Origin: a virus
Lineage: Duplodnaviria; Caudoviricetes
Reading direction: 5' to 3' (one strand)
Virus record (IMG/VR): IMGVR_UViG_3300017700_000765
Span: 1-27,799 of that record
DNA: 27,799 bases
In this document: positions 1-7,311 of the stretch, in pieces
Layout: each line of letters starts with the position of its first letter
Position numbering within the stretch: position 1 is the first letter of the stretch
Made by a program: the position numbers and the translations under genes
Notes under the pieces: generated by a model
What the model saw: the letters and a program-made list of their open reading frames with translations, nothing else
What the model was told of the DNA's origin: nothing
The model's database searches: none

Positions 1-72
1 GGCGCACGCGCGCCTCGATAGCGTTCCGCAGGTGCCAGTGGTCAAAGTACGACTGCCGGATCTGGTCGCTGG

Positions 73-261
73 TCACGGCTTGGCCTCGAAGTACTGTCCC
101 GACGGCCCGCAGATGGCCCTGTCAGATCGCGGGGGCCCGAACCGCTCGCTGTAGCAGTACCGGGGGCCGGGCGTGGTCGCCGCGTCAATCGGGCGCCCGC
201 ACATGTTGATGCCGTCGGTGTTCAGCCAACGGTGCGCGCAGTCGATGCAGAGCGTGTTCAC
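73..261 (-). CDS. Small Cys-rich phage hypothetical protein (possible Zn-binding)
   Basis: 62 aa with CIDCAH..C..CYSER..CGPSGQYF; 4-nt start/stop overlap with the upstream ORF. Confidence 0.7.
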   Translation of the reverse strand: MNTLCIDCAHRWLNTDGINMCGRPIDAATTPGPRYCYSERFGPPRSDRAICGPSGQYFEAKP

Positions 262-494
262 TGGACCCTCGAATAGTCGCCGTCGTAGTACAGGCCGTGC
301 AGGATGTCGGGGGCGTATGCGCTGCTCATAAGTGCTTCAAATGCCTCACGCTGCCGGCTGCTGCGCTTGTCGGTGATCTGCGCGTAAGCGGCGCCCGTGA
401 CCTCCCAGCCGATGTCGACGCCGGCGCGCATGGCGGCGCGCAGCAGCTCCGGGGCGGGAAGAACAGGCGCCTTCATGGCCCCAGTGTACAGCAT
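258..494 (-). CDS. Phage hypothetical protein
   Basis: ORF 258..512; ATG at 494 overlaps the stop of 494..685 (TGATG coupling), so 494 is the likelier start. Confidence 0.6.
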   Translation of the reverse strand: MLYTGAMKAPVLPAPELLRAAMRAGVDIGWEVTGAAYAQITDKRSSRQREAFEALMSSAYAPDILHGLYYDGDYSRVQ

Positions 495-685
495 CAGACT
501 GCGCGGAAACAATGCCAGAGGGAGTGCCGGTCGACGTAGTCCTCGACGTCGAAAGCGCCGCGGGTCTGCGTCAGGGCCATGAGCAGCGGCAGCAGCAGGG
601 GCACGTCGTCGGCCACAACCGCCGCGGGCACAAACGTGTAGGCCTTGTCGCCAATGTGAAAATGCAGGTCGCTAACGGTTCTCAT
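494..685 (-). CDS. Phage hypothetical protein
   Basis: 63 aa, overlapping neighbours in a tightly packed minus-strand operon. Confidence 0.65.
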   Translation of the reverse strand: MRTVSDLHFHIGDKAYTFVPAAVVADDVPLLLPLLMALTQTRGAFDVEDYVDRHSLWHCFRAV

Positions 686-1175
686 TTCCGGCCCTCACTT
701 TCCTTGCCTTGCCGTCGTACAGCGCGTTGGTGTAGGCCACGAAATAAGCCCTGACCTCGTCCAGCGTGTCGTAGCTCACCTCTGAATGGGTCACATACCA
801 GCGGCCGTCAGGCGTGCTGATGGCCTCCATGCGGTTGTTGCAGAAGTCGTTGCCAGTACATTGCAAAATTGCCGTCGCATCCATCCCGTCTTCGAGACGC
901 CACGCCACGACGTGAGTGGCTTCAACGAACACTTCACGCTCTGCGTCTTCGTTCATCGTGAATACGTACGCTGTAATATCCGACGACGCCGCGGGCACCG
1001 TGATGAACGACGGGGCGAGCAGTTTCCGCGCATCGTCTTCGCCCACCAGATGCTTGGCCCCCTTGGCGGTTGTGACAGTCCACTCGTCCTCCCGACGTTC
1101 GACCGTCTCAATGTCGGCGACTCTGATGAACCGCGCGCGGTCGTAACTGGTGGCGTCTATTTCGATGAACATCAT
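672..1175 (-). CDS. Phage hypothetical protein
   Basis: 167 aa; GGAGG RBS upstream; ATGA overlap with the terminase small subunit stop. Confidence 0.75.
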   Translation of the reverse strand: MMFIEIDATSYDRARFIRVADIETVERREDEWTVTTAKGAKHLVGEDDARKLLAPSFITVPAASSDITAYVFTMNEDAEREVFVEATHVVAWRLEDGMDATAILQCTGNDFCNNRMEAISTPDGRWYVTHSEVSYDTLDEVRAYFVAYTNALYDGKARKVRAGNENR

Positions 1176-1807
1176 GTTCCCTCCTCCGTTTTACCCTTCG
1201 TTGCCTGCAGCAAAATGGTTTTCAACTGATTCCTCTGCTCGGGGTCGAGCGCCAGCACGTCGATGCGGGTCGCCTGCATCTCGATGGCGCCGCCGTCCTT
1301 GCCGGTGATCTCGGTGATGACCTTCTCGCCAAACACTTTGGGCAACACCTTGCCCAGCAACCACTTGCGCGTGTCGATGCGCAGGCGGCTGCGCATGATG
1401 TGCTCCACGTCGGGGACCATTTTCCCTTCCGCGTCCAGCACAAAATCACCGCGCCTGTCGCGCGCGATCTCGTCGAGATCGTCGGCCCAGCCGAGCGCCA
1501 TCAAGTGACGAGCGCGCGCGTAAGTGTCAGCGAAGCCTTCGTGGTTGTCGAGCACCCACGTATAGACCGTCTGCCGCGCGATCCCCACGTCCTGACAAAC
1601 CGCCGTCAATGTCTCTCCTTCGGCGAGCCGTCGGCAGATTTCGGCGGCGAGCGGGGGCGAGTACGTGTCCTCGGGCCGCCCATTGCGCGGGCGTTTCCGA
1701 ACCCCTTGATTGCCAGCACGCCCCACCCGAACAGCCACATCGGCCACGCCTCGGGCATCAGCGCGACCAATCCCAGCATCGGCAGGGCGAGCATTACGGC
1801 GAGCCAT
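1172..1807 (-). CDS. terS: Terminase small subunit (Sf6 gp1-like); true start probably downstream of 1807 (e.g. GTG 1726)
   Basis: GRP..Y..EIC.RLAEGETL..VC...TVY.W...F...YARAR...ADDLDEIA...RSRLRIDTRKWLLGKVLPKVFGEK...EITGKDGGAI, characteristic of Sf6-type TerS. Confidence 0.88.
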   Translation of the reverse strand: MARRNARPADAGIGRADARGVADVAVRVGRAGNQGVRKRPRNGRPEDTYSPPLAAEICRRLAEGETLTAVCQDVGIARQTVYTWVLDNHEGFADTYARARHLMALGWADDLDEIARDRRGDFVLDAEGKMVPDVEHIMRSRLRIDTRKWLLGKVLPKVFGEKVITEITGKDGGAIEMQATRIDVLALDPEQRNQLKTILLQATKGKTEEGT

Positions 1808-1818
1808 CGCCAGATCAC
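1606..1818 (-). CDS. Possible small membrane protein overlapping the 5' end of terS
   Basis: Strongly hydrophobic N-terminal ~40 aa; GTGA coupling to the stop of the upstream HTH gene. Confidence 0.4.
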   Translation of the reverse strand: MIWRWLAVMLALPMLGLVALMPEAWPMWLFGWGVLAIKGFGNARAMGGPRTRTRPRSPPKSADGSPKERH

Positions 1819-2006
1819 GCCCGCGCCTTGAGGAGTTCCAACATCGCGACGACCGACCGGGGTACAGGCGTCGTCCCTGCCAGCCAGCGATACACCGTGC
1901 GCGCGCTGACGCCGGCCAGCACGGCCAGCTCGTTGTTCAACAAGTCCATCTCCTCCAACAGGTCGTTCAGGTGCCGGGGGGTCAGGTTGGTTGCGATCTC
2001 GGTCAT
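1815..2006 (-). CDS. Small XRE/Cro-like helix-turn-helix protein
   Basis: NNELAVLAGVSARTVYRWLAGTTPVP HTH pattern, 63 aa. Confidence 0.8.
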   Translation of the reverse strand: MTEIATNLTPRHLNDLLEEMDLLNNELAVLAGVSARTVYRWLAGTTPVPRSVVAMLELLKARA

Positions 2007-2030
2007 CCTGTCTTTCTACGCCATAACGAC

Positions 2031-2057
2031 AAAAAAGGCCAGCCTCTCGGCTGGCCC
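2031..2057 (-). terminator. Rho-independent terminator
   Basis: Minus strand GGCCAGCC-gaga-GGCTGGCC followed by TTTTTT, ~20 nt after the stop of 2077..2361. Confidence 0.85.
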
Positions 2058-2076
2058 TTCAGTCAGAAAAGCGATG

Positions 2077-2361
2077 CTACGCTGCGAGGCGCTGATTGGC
2101 GCGGGCGGCGACCGTGATGCGGTTCGCGGTCGAGGTCTTGGTCGCCTCGGCGATCTGCGCCTCGGTCAGCCATCCCTTGACCATCACGGTGTCGAGGCGA
2201 GACGTCTCGTAGGTCGAGATCTTGAGGGCGAACTTGTCGCCCGCGATCTCGGCGGCGCCGAGGGCGAGGATCTTCGCCTTGAGGTCGTCCACGGTCTTCT
2301 GCGCGGCCTTGAGCTGGGCGGCGGCGACGGCGTACTGGTCTACAAACTTGCTGGTTGTCAT
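2077..2361 (-). CDS. Phage hypothetical protein with N-terminal coiled coil
   Basis: 94 aa, AGGAG RBS, own promoter and terminator, GC3-rich codons. Confidence 0.85.
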   Translation of the reverse strand: MTTSKFVDQYAVAAAQLKAAQKTVDDLKAKILALGAAEIAGDKFALKISTYETSRLDTVMVKGWLTEAQIAEATKTSTANRITVAARANQRLAA

Positions 2362-2366
2362 GATCT

Positions 2367-2426
2367 ATCTCCTATTCGATGAATTCTTATACAGCCGGTT
2401 TATCCACAACGCAAGACAAAATGTCA
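2367..2426 (-). promoter_or_regulatory. Sigma70-like promoter with shared leader and adjacent operator-like palindrome
   Basis: TTGCGT (2414-2409)-17 bp-TATAAG (2391-2386); leader CATCGAATAGGAGAT (2381-2367); GACA-aaa-TGTCA at 2415-2426. Confidence 0.7.
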
Positions 2427-3086
2427 GAGCATCCTGCGAAGCAAGGCGGCCCTCTCGGTGGCGTGCCGCGCCTCCATCTCCTGCAGCGTTTCCTGCCGGG
2501 GTGCGCGCGACCTCAGAGGGGGCGTCAGGCCCCGGGTCACCGTCTCGTGCGAGCGCCGGCGGCGGATGTTGGTCACCATCGTGTAGGTGACGCCGTATTT
2601 CGTGGCCGCCGTGCCGTGGTCGACGGGGTCGAGGTAGATCGCGCACACCTTCTCGTCGTCGCGAGGGGCGCCACGAGGGATGTCTCCCTTGAAGGGCACG
2701 CGCGCCCCGACGCGGCGGTTCTTGATGTGCAGCACCATCTGGTAGCTGAGGCCGTACCCGGCCGCGATCTCGTCGTATGCCCGCGGGTCGGCCAAGATGC
2801 CCTTCACGACCTCGGGGTCGAGGGACTGCCGCGCGCCGCGGGGGATGTCCCCCGTGAAGGCGACGTCCCCGTGCAGGCGCCGGGACTTGATCATGGCGAT
2901 GGCCTGATACGTCATCCCGCAGGCCTCCGCGATCTCCCGATACGGGCGCGCGTCGGCCAGCACCTCCCGCACGGCGTCGGGGGGCATCTTCTGCCGAAGC
3001 AGGGCCGCGATGTCGGAGGCCTCCATGACCTCCCCCGCGCCGGGGGAGCGGGCAATAATCCACGGGTGCATGTCGTTCATCCTCAT
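2424..3086 (-). CDS. Protein with three tandem HTH-like repeats, putative DNA-binding regulator
   Basis: Three ~50-aa units: V..(V/I)L.D.R.Y.EIA...G.(T/S)YQ....IK.RR, with GDIPRGA linkers; the third unit is more divergent. Confidence 0.8.
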   Translation of the reverse strand: MRMNDMHPWIIARSPGAGEVMEASDIAALLRQKMPPDAVREVLADARPYREIAEACGMTYQAIAMIKSRRLHGDVAFTGDIPRGARQSLDPEVVKGILADPRAYDEIAAGYGLSYQMVLHIKNRRVGARVPFKGDIPRGAPRDDEKVCAIYLDPVDHGTAATKYGVTYTMVTNIRRRRSHETVTRGLTPPLRSRAPRQETLQEMEARHATERAALLRRML

Positions 3087-3209
3087 GTTGGTTACGAAAA
3101 GTAAGAGACGGAGAGACTGAGTAGACGTGTTTTCGCAAACATATCTCTAAGGAATTGCAAGATAGGCCGTTTGCCGCCGTGACACAACAGAGGGGTGGCG
3201 GTGCGGTAG

Positions 3210-3260
3210 TATATCTATATATATACTCTCTCTCTCTCTCTCTTTATATATATATATAGA
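3210..3260. repeat. (TA)n-(CT)n-(TA)n microsatellite with 12-bp inverted arms
   Basis: TCTATATATATA (3214-3225) and TATATATATAGA (3249-3260) flank a (CT)9 tract. Confidence 0.9.
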
Positions 3261-3450
3261 CAGTCTCTTTTCACCCATCCGATGCCCGGTTTCATTGCTT
3301 TTCAGGCAGAGACTGAGCCCCCGGAAAATTAACGCGCTCAGGCCGCTTTCCGCGCTCGGCGCGGTGCCTCGGCGACAGCCTGTCAGGCCCTTTACACGAA
3401 AACCCCAACATACAGACGACGGGACATACACACAGAGCCTCATTTCTCTG

Positions 3451-3481
3451 TTTGACAGATTGTCAAAATCCGGGGTAGAAC
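3451..3481 (+). promoter_or_regulatory. Promoter overlapped by a perfect palindromic operator
   Basis: TTTGACA-gat-TGTCAAA (3451-3467) containing -35 TTGACA; weak -10 TAGAAC; AGGAG RBS before ATG 3506. Confidence 0.65.
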
Positions 3482-3505
3482 CGTCTTCTCAGACAGGAGA
3501 TCGCC

Positions 3506-4264
3506 ATGGACATCGAAGCCGCCCTCGCCGCCGACGTCATCTACAACGTGGACTACGTCGAGATGAAGACCGCCCTGAACCGGACCCTTGAGAAGGCCAA
3601 GGAGGCCGCCTCGGCCGTCTACCTCGCCATCCCCTACGAGGACCGTCGTGGCGACGAGCTGTCGGCGCAGTACTACGGCACGATCTACCCGCACACGCTG
3701 CCGGGCTGGCTGAAGAAGCTGCCCAAGACGGCGAGCCCGACGCACACCGCGGCCCTCGAAGCCTACCGGTCCCTCGAAGCCCTCGCCCCGATCTGCGCCA
3801 AGTTCGTCGCCGCCAAGGGCCGCGTCGTGAAGGCCCGCAAGCCATCGACCGCCGTCCGCAAGACCCCGGCGCGGACCCTCGACAACACCGGCACCTGCGC
3901 CTGCTGCGGCCAGAACGTGAAGCTCGACGGCGGCCGGATCGTCATGCACGGCTACACGATCCGCTGGGGATTCCAGAGCGGCTCCTGCTTCGGCGTCGGC
4001 TTCCGCCCCATCGAGGTGTCGGACGAGGGCCTGCGGGCCGCCCTGCAGGGCTTCGAGCGCCAGCTGGGCATCGCCCGCCTCTCGTTGGAGTACGGTGCCC
4101 TGACGCGCCGCGAGCGGGCCGAGCTGGAGGGCCGGATCAGTGGCTCGAAGAGCGCCATCGCCCACTACACGGCGGCGATCCGCGACTGGGCCCCCGCCCC
4201 CTCCCCACCGAAAAGAGGGTTTGACACCCCTCCCCACCTGCCCCATAATCGGGACATCGAATAG
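3506..4264 (+). CDS. Early phage protein with Cys/His putative Zn-binding motif
   Basis: 252 aa; GTCACCG..MHGY..GFQSGSCFG; strong RBS; GC3-rich codons. Confidence 0.85.
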   Translation: MDIEAALAADVIYNVDYVEMKTALNRTLEKAKEAASAVYLAIPYEDRRGDELSAQYYGTIYPHTLPGWLKKLPKTASPTHTAALEAYRSLEALAPICAKFVAAKGRVVKARKPSTAVRKTPARTLDNTGTCACCGQNVKLDGGRIVMHGYTIRWGFQSGSCFGVGFRPIEVSDEGLRAALQGFERQLGIARLSLEYGALTRRERAELEGRISGSKSAIAHYTAAIRDWAPAPSPPKRGFDTPPHLPHNRDIE

Positions 4265-4269
4265 GAGAT
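4221..4269 (+). promoter_or_regulatory. Sigma70 early promoter + leader/RBS (copy 1)
   Basis: TTGACA (4221-4226)-17 bp-CATAAT (4244-4249), then CATCGAATAGGAGAT. Confidence 0.85.
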
Positions 4270-4273
4270 CGAA

Positions 4274-4414
4274 ATGACCGTCACTGCCGCCACCGCCGCT
4301 GAAGCCGCCACCATCGCCGCCGAACTCCGCGTCCTCTACGCCGGCACCGACTGGGCCGTCTGCATCCTGCGCCCTCTTTTCGAGGGTGAACTGTATCGCG
4401 TCATCGTCGGCTAA
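4274..4414 (+). CDS. 46-aa early protein not in the ORF track (MTVTAATAAEAATIAAELRVLYAGTDWAVCILRPLFEGELYRVIVG)
   Basis: ATG directly after the promoter/AGGAG leader; typical codon use; fills the gap before 4420. Confidence 0.75.
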   Translation: MTVTAATAAEAATIAAELRVLYAGTDWAVCILRPLFEGELYRVIVG

Positions 4415-4419
4415 CCGAC

Positions 4420-4677
4420 ATGCGCACCCTCACCGCCTACTGCCCCCTCGGCCTCGGCGAGATCGCAGTCGAGATCACCTACCGCTTCACCCCCGGGCGC
4501 CCGGCGCGGGGCCCCTCCTACGCCAGCGGCGGCGAGCCCGCCGATCCCCCGGAAGTCGAGTTCATCTCGGCCAGCACCACGGTCAACGACGATTTCATCA
4601 AGCTGCTGGTGACCGAATGGGCCGAGGAGTGGCTCGGCGACGACGGCTTCGACGAGGCAGTTGACAGGGCCTCCTGA
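4420..4677 (+). CDS. Phage hypothetical protein (acidic)
   Basis: 85 aa, EITYRFTPG..SYASGGEPADPPEVEF. Confidence 0.75.
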   Translation: MRTLTAYCPLGLGEIAVEITYRFTPGRPARGPSYASGGEPADPPEVEFISASTTVNDDFIKLLVTEWAEEWLGDDGFDEAVDRAS

Positions 4678-4709
4678 CTGCCCCATAATCAGGACATCGA
4701 ATAGGAGAT
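4661..4709 (+). promoter_or_regulatory. Sigma70 early promoter + leader/RBS (copy 2)
   Basis: TTGACA (4661-4666)-17 bp-CATAAT (4684-4689); 4678-4709 matches 4238-4269 at 31/32 nt. Confidence 0.85.
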
Positions 4710-4715
4710 AGCATC

Positions 4716-4982
4716 ATGGCTCAGATCAAGACCCGCCGCGTCACTTGGAGTTCCATCGTCGGTGCCGCCGCCTTCCGCGAGGGCATCGAGGACTATCAGG
4801 CGGGCCGCGCGCCCGACTACGACAGGGACAAGAACTGCTGGCAGTACGAGCGCGGCCGGCAGTACGCCGCCGCCTGCGCCGGCCTCGGCCGCGCGCCGCA
4901 GCGCACCCGCAGCGGGCGCAGTGTCAGCCGCCTCGCCATCGCCGACTTCGGCCGCCAGTACGGCCCCAACGGCATCCTCTGA
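4716..4982 (+). CDS. Phage hypothetical protein
   Basis: 88 aa immediately after the promoter cassette; WQYERGRQY motif. Confidence 0.8.
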   Translation: MAQIKTRRVTWSSIVGAAAFREGIEDYQAGRAPDYDRDKNCWQYERGRQYAAACAGLGRAPQRTRSGRSVSRLAIADFGRQYGPNGIL

Positions 4983-4995
4983 AGGAGATATGACC

Positions 4996-5214
4996 ATGCC
5001 CAAGTTTATGAGCGCCTTCGAGATGGGTGAAGAAGTGGCAGCGCAGATCCGGGCGCAGGCCGAACGCGACGCCGCCGACCCCGTGTATCAGGCGGCGCTG
5101 AAGGCCAAGCGGGAGCGCGAGGAGGCCGCCCGCAGCCGCACGACCCTGACCGAGGAAGAGGCCGCCGCCGAGTGGGCCGCCCTAGACGAAGAAGACGAAG
5201 AAGAGGAGGAATAG
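4996..5214 (+). CDS. Small acidic-tailed hypothetical protein
   Basis: AAGGAG RBS at 4982-4987 (ATG 4990 or 4996); ends in DEEDEEEEE. Confidence 0.75.
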   Translation: MPKFMSAFEMGEEVAAQIRAQAERDAADPVYQAALKAKREREEAARSRTTLTEEEAAAEWAALDEEDEEEEE

Positions 5215-5218
5215 GATC

Positions 5219-5383
5219 ATGATCAATCTGCTCACCGCCCTCGACATCGAGGCCAAATACCGGAAGTGGTTGGAGGTCAGCTCCGCCGCCCGCAGGCTGG
5301 AGGCACACAACGCCTACGACACCCGGATGGTGTTCATGCAGATCTGGATCGCCCTGAACCCGGAATGCGTGAGGAGCCTGTGA
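5219..5383 (+). CDS. 54-aa hypothetical protein not in the ORF track (MINLLTALDIEAKYRKW...PECVRSL)
   Basis: GAGGA RBS; TGATG coupling to the next gene. Confidence 0.65.
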   Translation: MINLLTALDIEAKYRKWLEVSSAARRLEAHNAYDTRMVFMQIWIALNPECVRSL

Positions 5384-5739
5384 TGGACTACGCAGAGATC
5401 TGGGCCGAGGCGTGGACGGCCGGCATCATGGCCGGCCTCGCCTGCCGCCCCACCCCGATGGTCGTCGAGTATCACAAAAGCAAGACCCTGTACGTCGTTG
5501 AGGTCGTCGACGACGGCGCCTGCGGTTTCGCGTGGGTCAAGATCCGCCCCGCCAACTCCAAGATGGCGCGCTGGCTCAAGGCGGAGAACATCGGCCACAA
5601 GGCCTACAACGGCGGCTGGGACGTCAGCGTCCACGACTTTGGCCAGAGTTGGGAGCGCAAGAGCGCCGCGGCCCCGGCCATGGCCGCCGTCCTGACCAAG
5701 CACGGCATCGACGCAACCTCACACAACAGGATCGACTGA
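5383..5739 (+). CDS. Phage hypothetical protein (GxCGFAWV type)
   Basis: DDGACGFAWVKIRPA...GQSWERK...A.VL..HGI pattern recognised from phage hypotheticals; coupled ATG at 5383. Confidence 0.8.
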   Translation: MDYAEIWAEAWTAGIMAGLACRPTPMVVEYHKSKTLYVVEVVDDGACGFAWVKIRPANSKMARWLKAENIGHKAYNGGWDVSVHDFGQSWERKSAAAPAMAAVLTKHGIDATSHNRID

Positions 5740-5740
5740 A

Positions 5741-7309
5741 ATGGCCAAGATCGTTCGCACCCCGACACAGGCGAAGGGGGGCATCACGCCTGCCGAAAAG
5801 AAGCTGATGGACGAGCACGCGAAGCTCTGGATCTCCCGGGCGATGCGCACGGACCCCGTCGAGCCTGCTAAAATCGTTCCCGCTATCGCGGCCCTCTATG
5901 CGGCGGCAGACCTGAAGAACCCCCGTGTGGTGATCGTGCCGTCGCCGTTGGTGATGGCGTTTGCGTACGGCGCGTCGGCGGCCATCTGGCACTCTCGCTA
6001 CGCGACCAGCGCCGCGACCAGCGCCGCGACCTACGACGCGACCAGCGCCGCGACCGACGCCGCGACCGACGCCGCGATCAGAGCCGCGACCAGCGACGCG
6101 ACCTTCGACGCGACCTTCGCCGCGACCGACGCCGCGACCAGCGCCGCGACCTACGACGCGACCTTCGACGCGACCGACGCCGCGACCAGCGCCGCGACCT
6201 ACGCCGCGACCGACGCCGCGACCAGAGCCGCGACCAGCGCCGCGACCGACGACGCGACCGACGCCGCGACCAGAGCCGCGACCAGAGCCGCGACCTTCGC
6301 CGCGACCAGAGCCGCGACCAGAGCCGCGACCTTAGCCGCGACCGGCGCCGCGACCGACGCCGCGACCTTCGCCGCGACCGACGCCGCGACCTACGACGCG
6401 ACCTACGACGCGACCGACGCCGCGACCTTCGCCGCGACCGACGCCGCGACCTTCGCCGCGACCTACGCCGCGGCCGACGCCGCGACCAGAGCCGCGACCT
6501 ACGACGCGACCTACGACGCGACCTACGCCGCGACCGACGCCGCGACCGACGCCGCGACCGACGCCGCGACCTTCGCCGCGATCAGAGCCGCGACCGACGC
6601 CGCGACCTTAGCCGCGACCGGCGCGGCGTTGGCCTGCCGAGCCTTGGCGGGGCCTCTCGGGGTAGCGTGTGCACAACAGTGGAGCAGGGTCTACCAAAGC
6701 GGGAACATGGGGGTTTCGTATGTCTCATATCTGGCCGCCGCCCGTGACATCCTTGGTCTTCGGTTAAAGGAGCACGACGCCTACGCCGCGTGGGAGCAGG
6801 CGGCAAACCACGGCGGCTTCCGCGTCCTCCACCCGGAGTTCTGTATTGTTTCGGATTTCCCTGCGGTCTTGAAAGTCGACGCGGAGAACCGGCCGCACTG
6901 TGAGACGGGCCCCTCACATCGGTGGCGCGACGGCTGGTCGCTCTACCACTGGCACGGGGTCAAAGTCCCCGGTGAGTGGATCGAAGACAAGGCATCCCTC
7001 ACGGCGGCGGAGGCGCTGGCGTGGGAGAACGTCGAGCAGCGCCGCGCGGCTTGCGAGATCCTCGGCTGGGTGAACATCCTGCAGGAGTTGGACGCCAAGA
7101 CCATCGACAAGGACGATGACCCCGAGATTGGCGAGCTTGTCGAGGTAACGCTCGAAGGCAGCCGCGAGAGGTTCATCAAAGTATTGTGCGGGACGTCTCG
7201 CGAATTTGCGTTGCCGGTGCCCCCCGAAACCAAAACGGCGTTGGCAGGGAATGCTTGGTCCTACGGCGTCGAACCTGATCTTCTCAAGCACATCGAAGTG
7301 AGGACGTGA
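5741..7309 (+). CDS. DUF6745-like protein with long tetrapeptide repeat
   Basis: C-terminal [13 protein letters not shown]...[15 protein letters not shown]...NVEQRR...EILGW and F..V.C..S..FAL.VPP; N-terminal LY....L..P.V..VPSP. Confidence 0.8.
   Translation: MAKIVRTPTQAKGGITPAEKKLMDEHAKLWISRAMRTDPVEPAKIVPAIAALYAAADLKNPRVVIVPSPLVMAFAYGASAAIWHSRYATSAATSAATYDATSAATDAATDAAIRAATSDATFDATFAATDAATSAATYDATFDATDAATSAATYAATDAATRAATSAATDDATDAATRAATRAATFAATRAATRAATLAATGAATDAATFAATDAATYDATYDATDAATFAATDAATFAATYAAADAATRAATYDATYDATYAATDAATDAATDAATFAAIRAATDAATLAATGAALACRALAGPLGVACAQQWSRVYQSGNMGVSYVSYLAAARDILGLRLKEHDAYAAWEQAANHGGFRVLHPEFCIVSDFPAVLKVDAENRPHCETGPSHRWRDGWSLYHWHGVKVPGEWIEDKASLTAAEALAWENVEQRRAACEILGWVNILQELDAKTIDKDDDPEIGELVEVTLEGSRERFIKVLCGTSREFALPVPPETKTALAGNAWSYGVEPDLLKHIEVRT
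5999..6622 (+). repeat. 52 tandem 12-bp units G(C/A)C GCG ACC NNN encoding (A/D)-A-T-X
   Basis: 624 nt in frame; X = S,Y,D,R,F,L,G. Confidence 0.95.
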
Positions 7310-7311
7310 AC

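Noticed and set aside
3147-3443. 98-aa ORF across the microsatellite region
   Set aside because: Translates the dinucleotide tracts (IYIY, ERERE), has atypical codons and no RBS
4238-4709. 32-bp direct repeats as a mini-CRISPR or att sites
   Set aside because: They are 440 bp apart and consist of a -10 box plus RBS; no integrase in the window
5961-6335. Pro/Arg repeat ORF in an alternative frame
   Set aside because: By-product of the 12-bp repeat lacking stops in that frame
5999-6622. CRISPR array or DGR template/variable repeat
   Set aside because: Units are contiguous in-frame 12-mers without spacers; there is no reverse transcriptase and no TR/VR pair differing only at adenines
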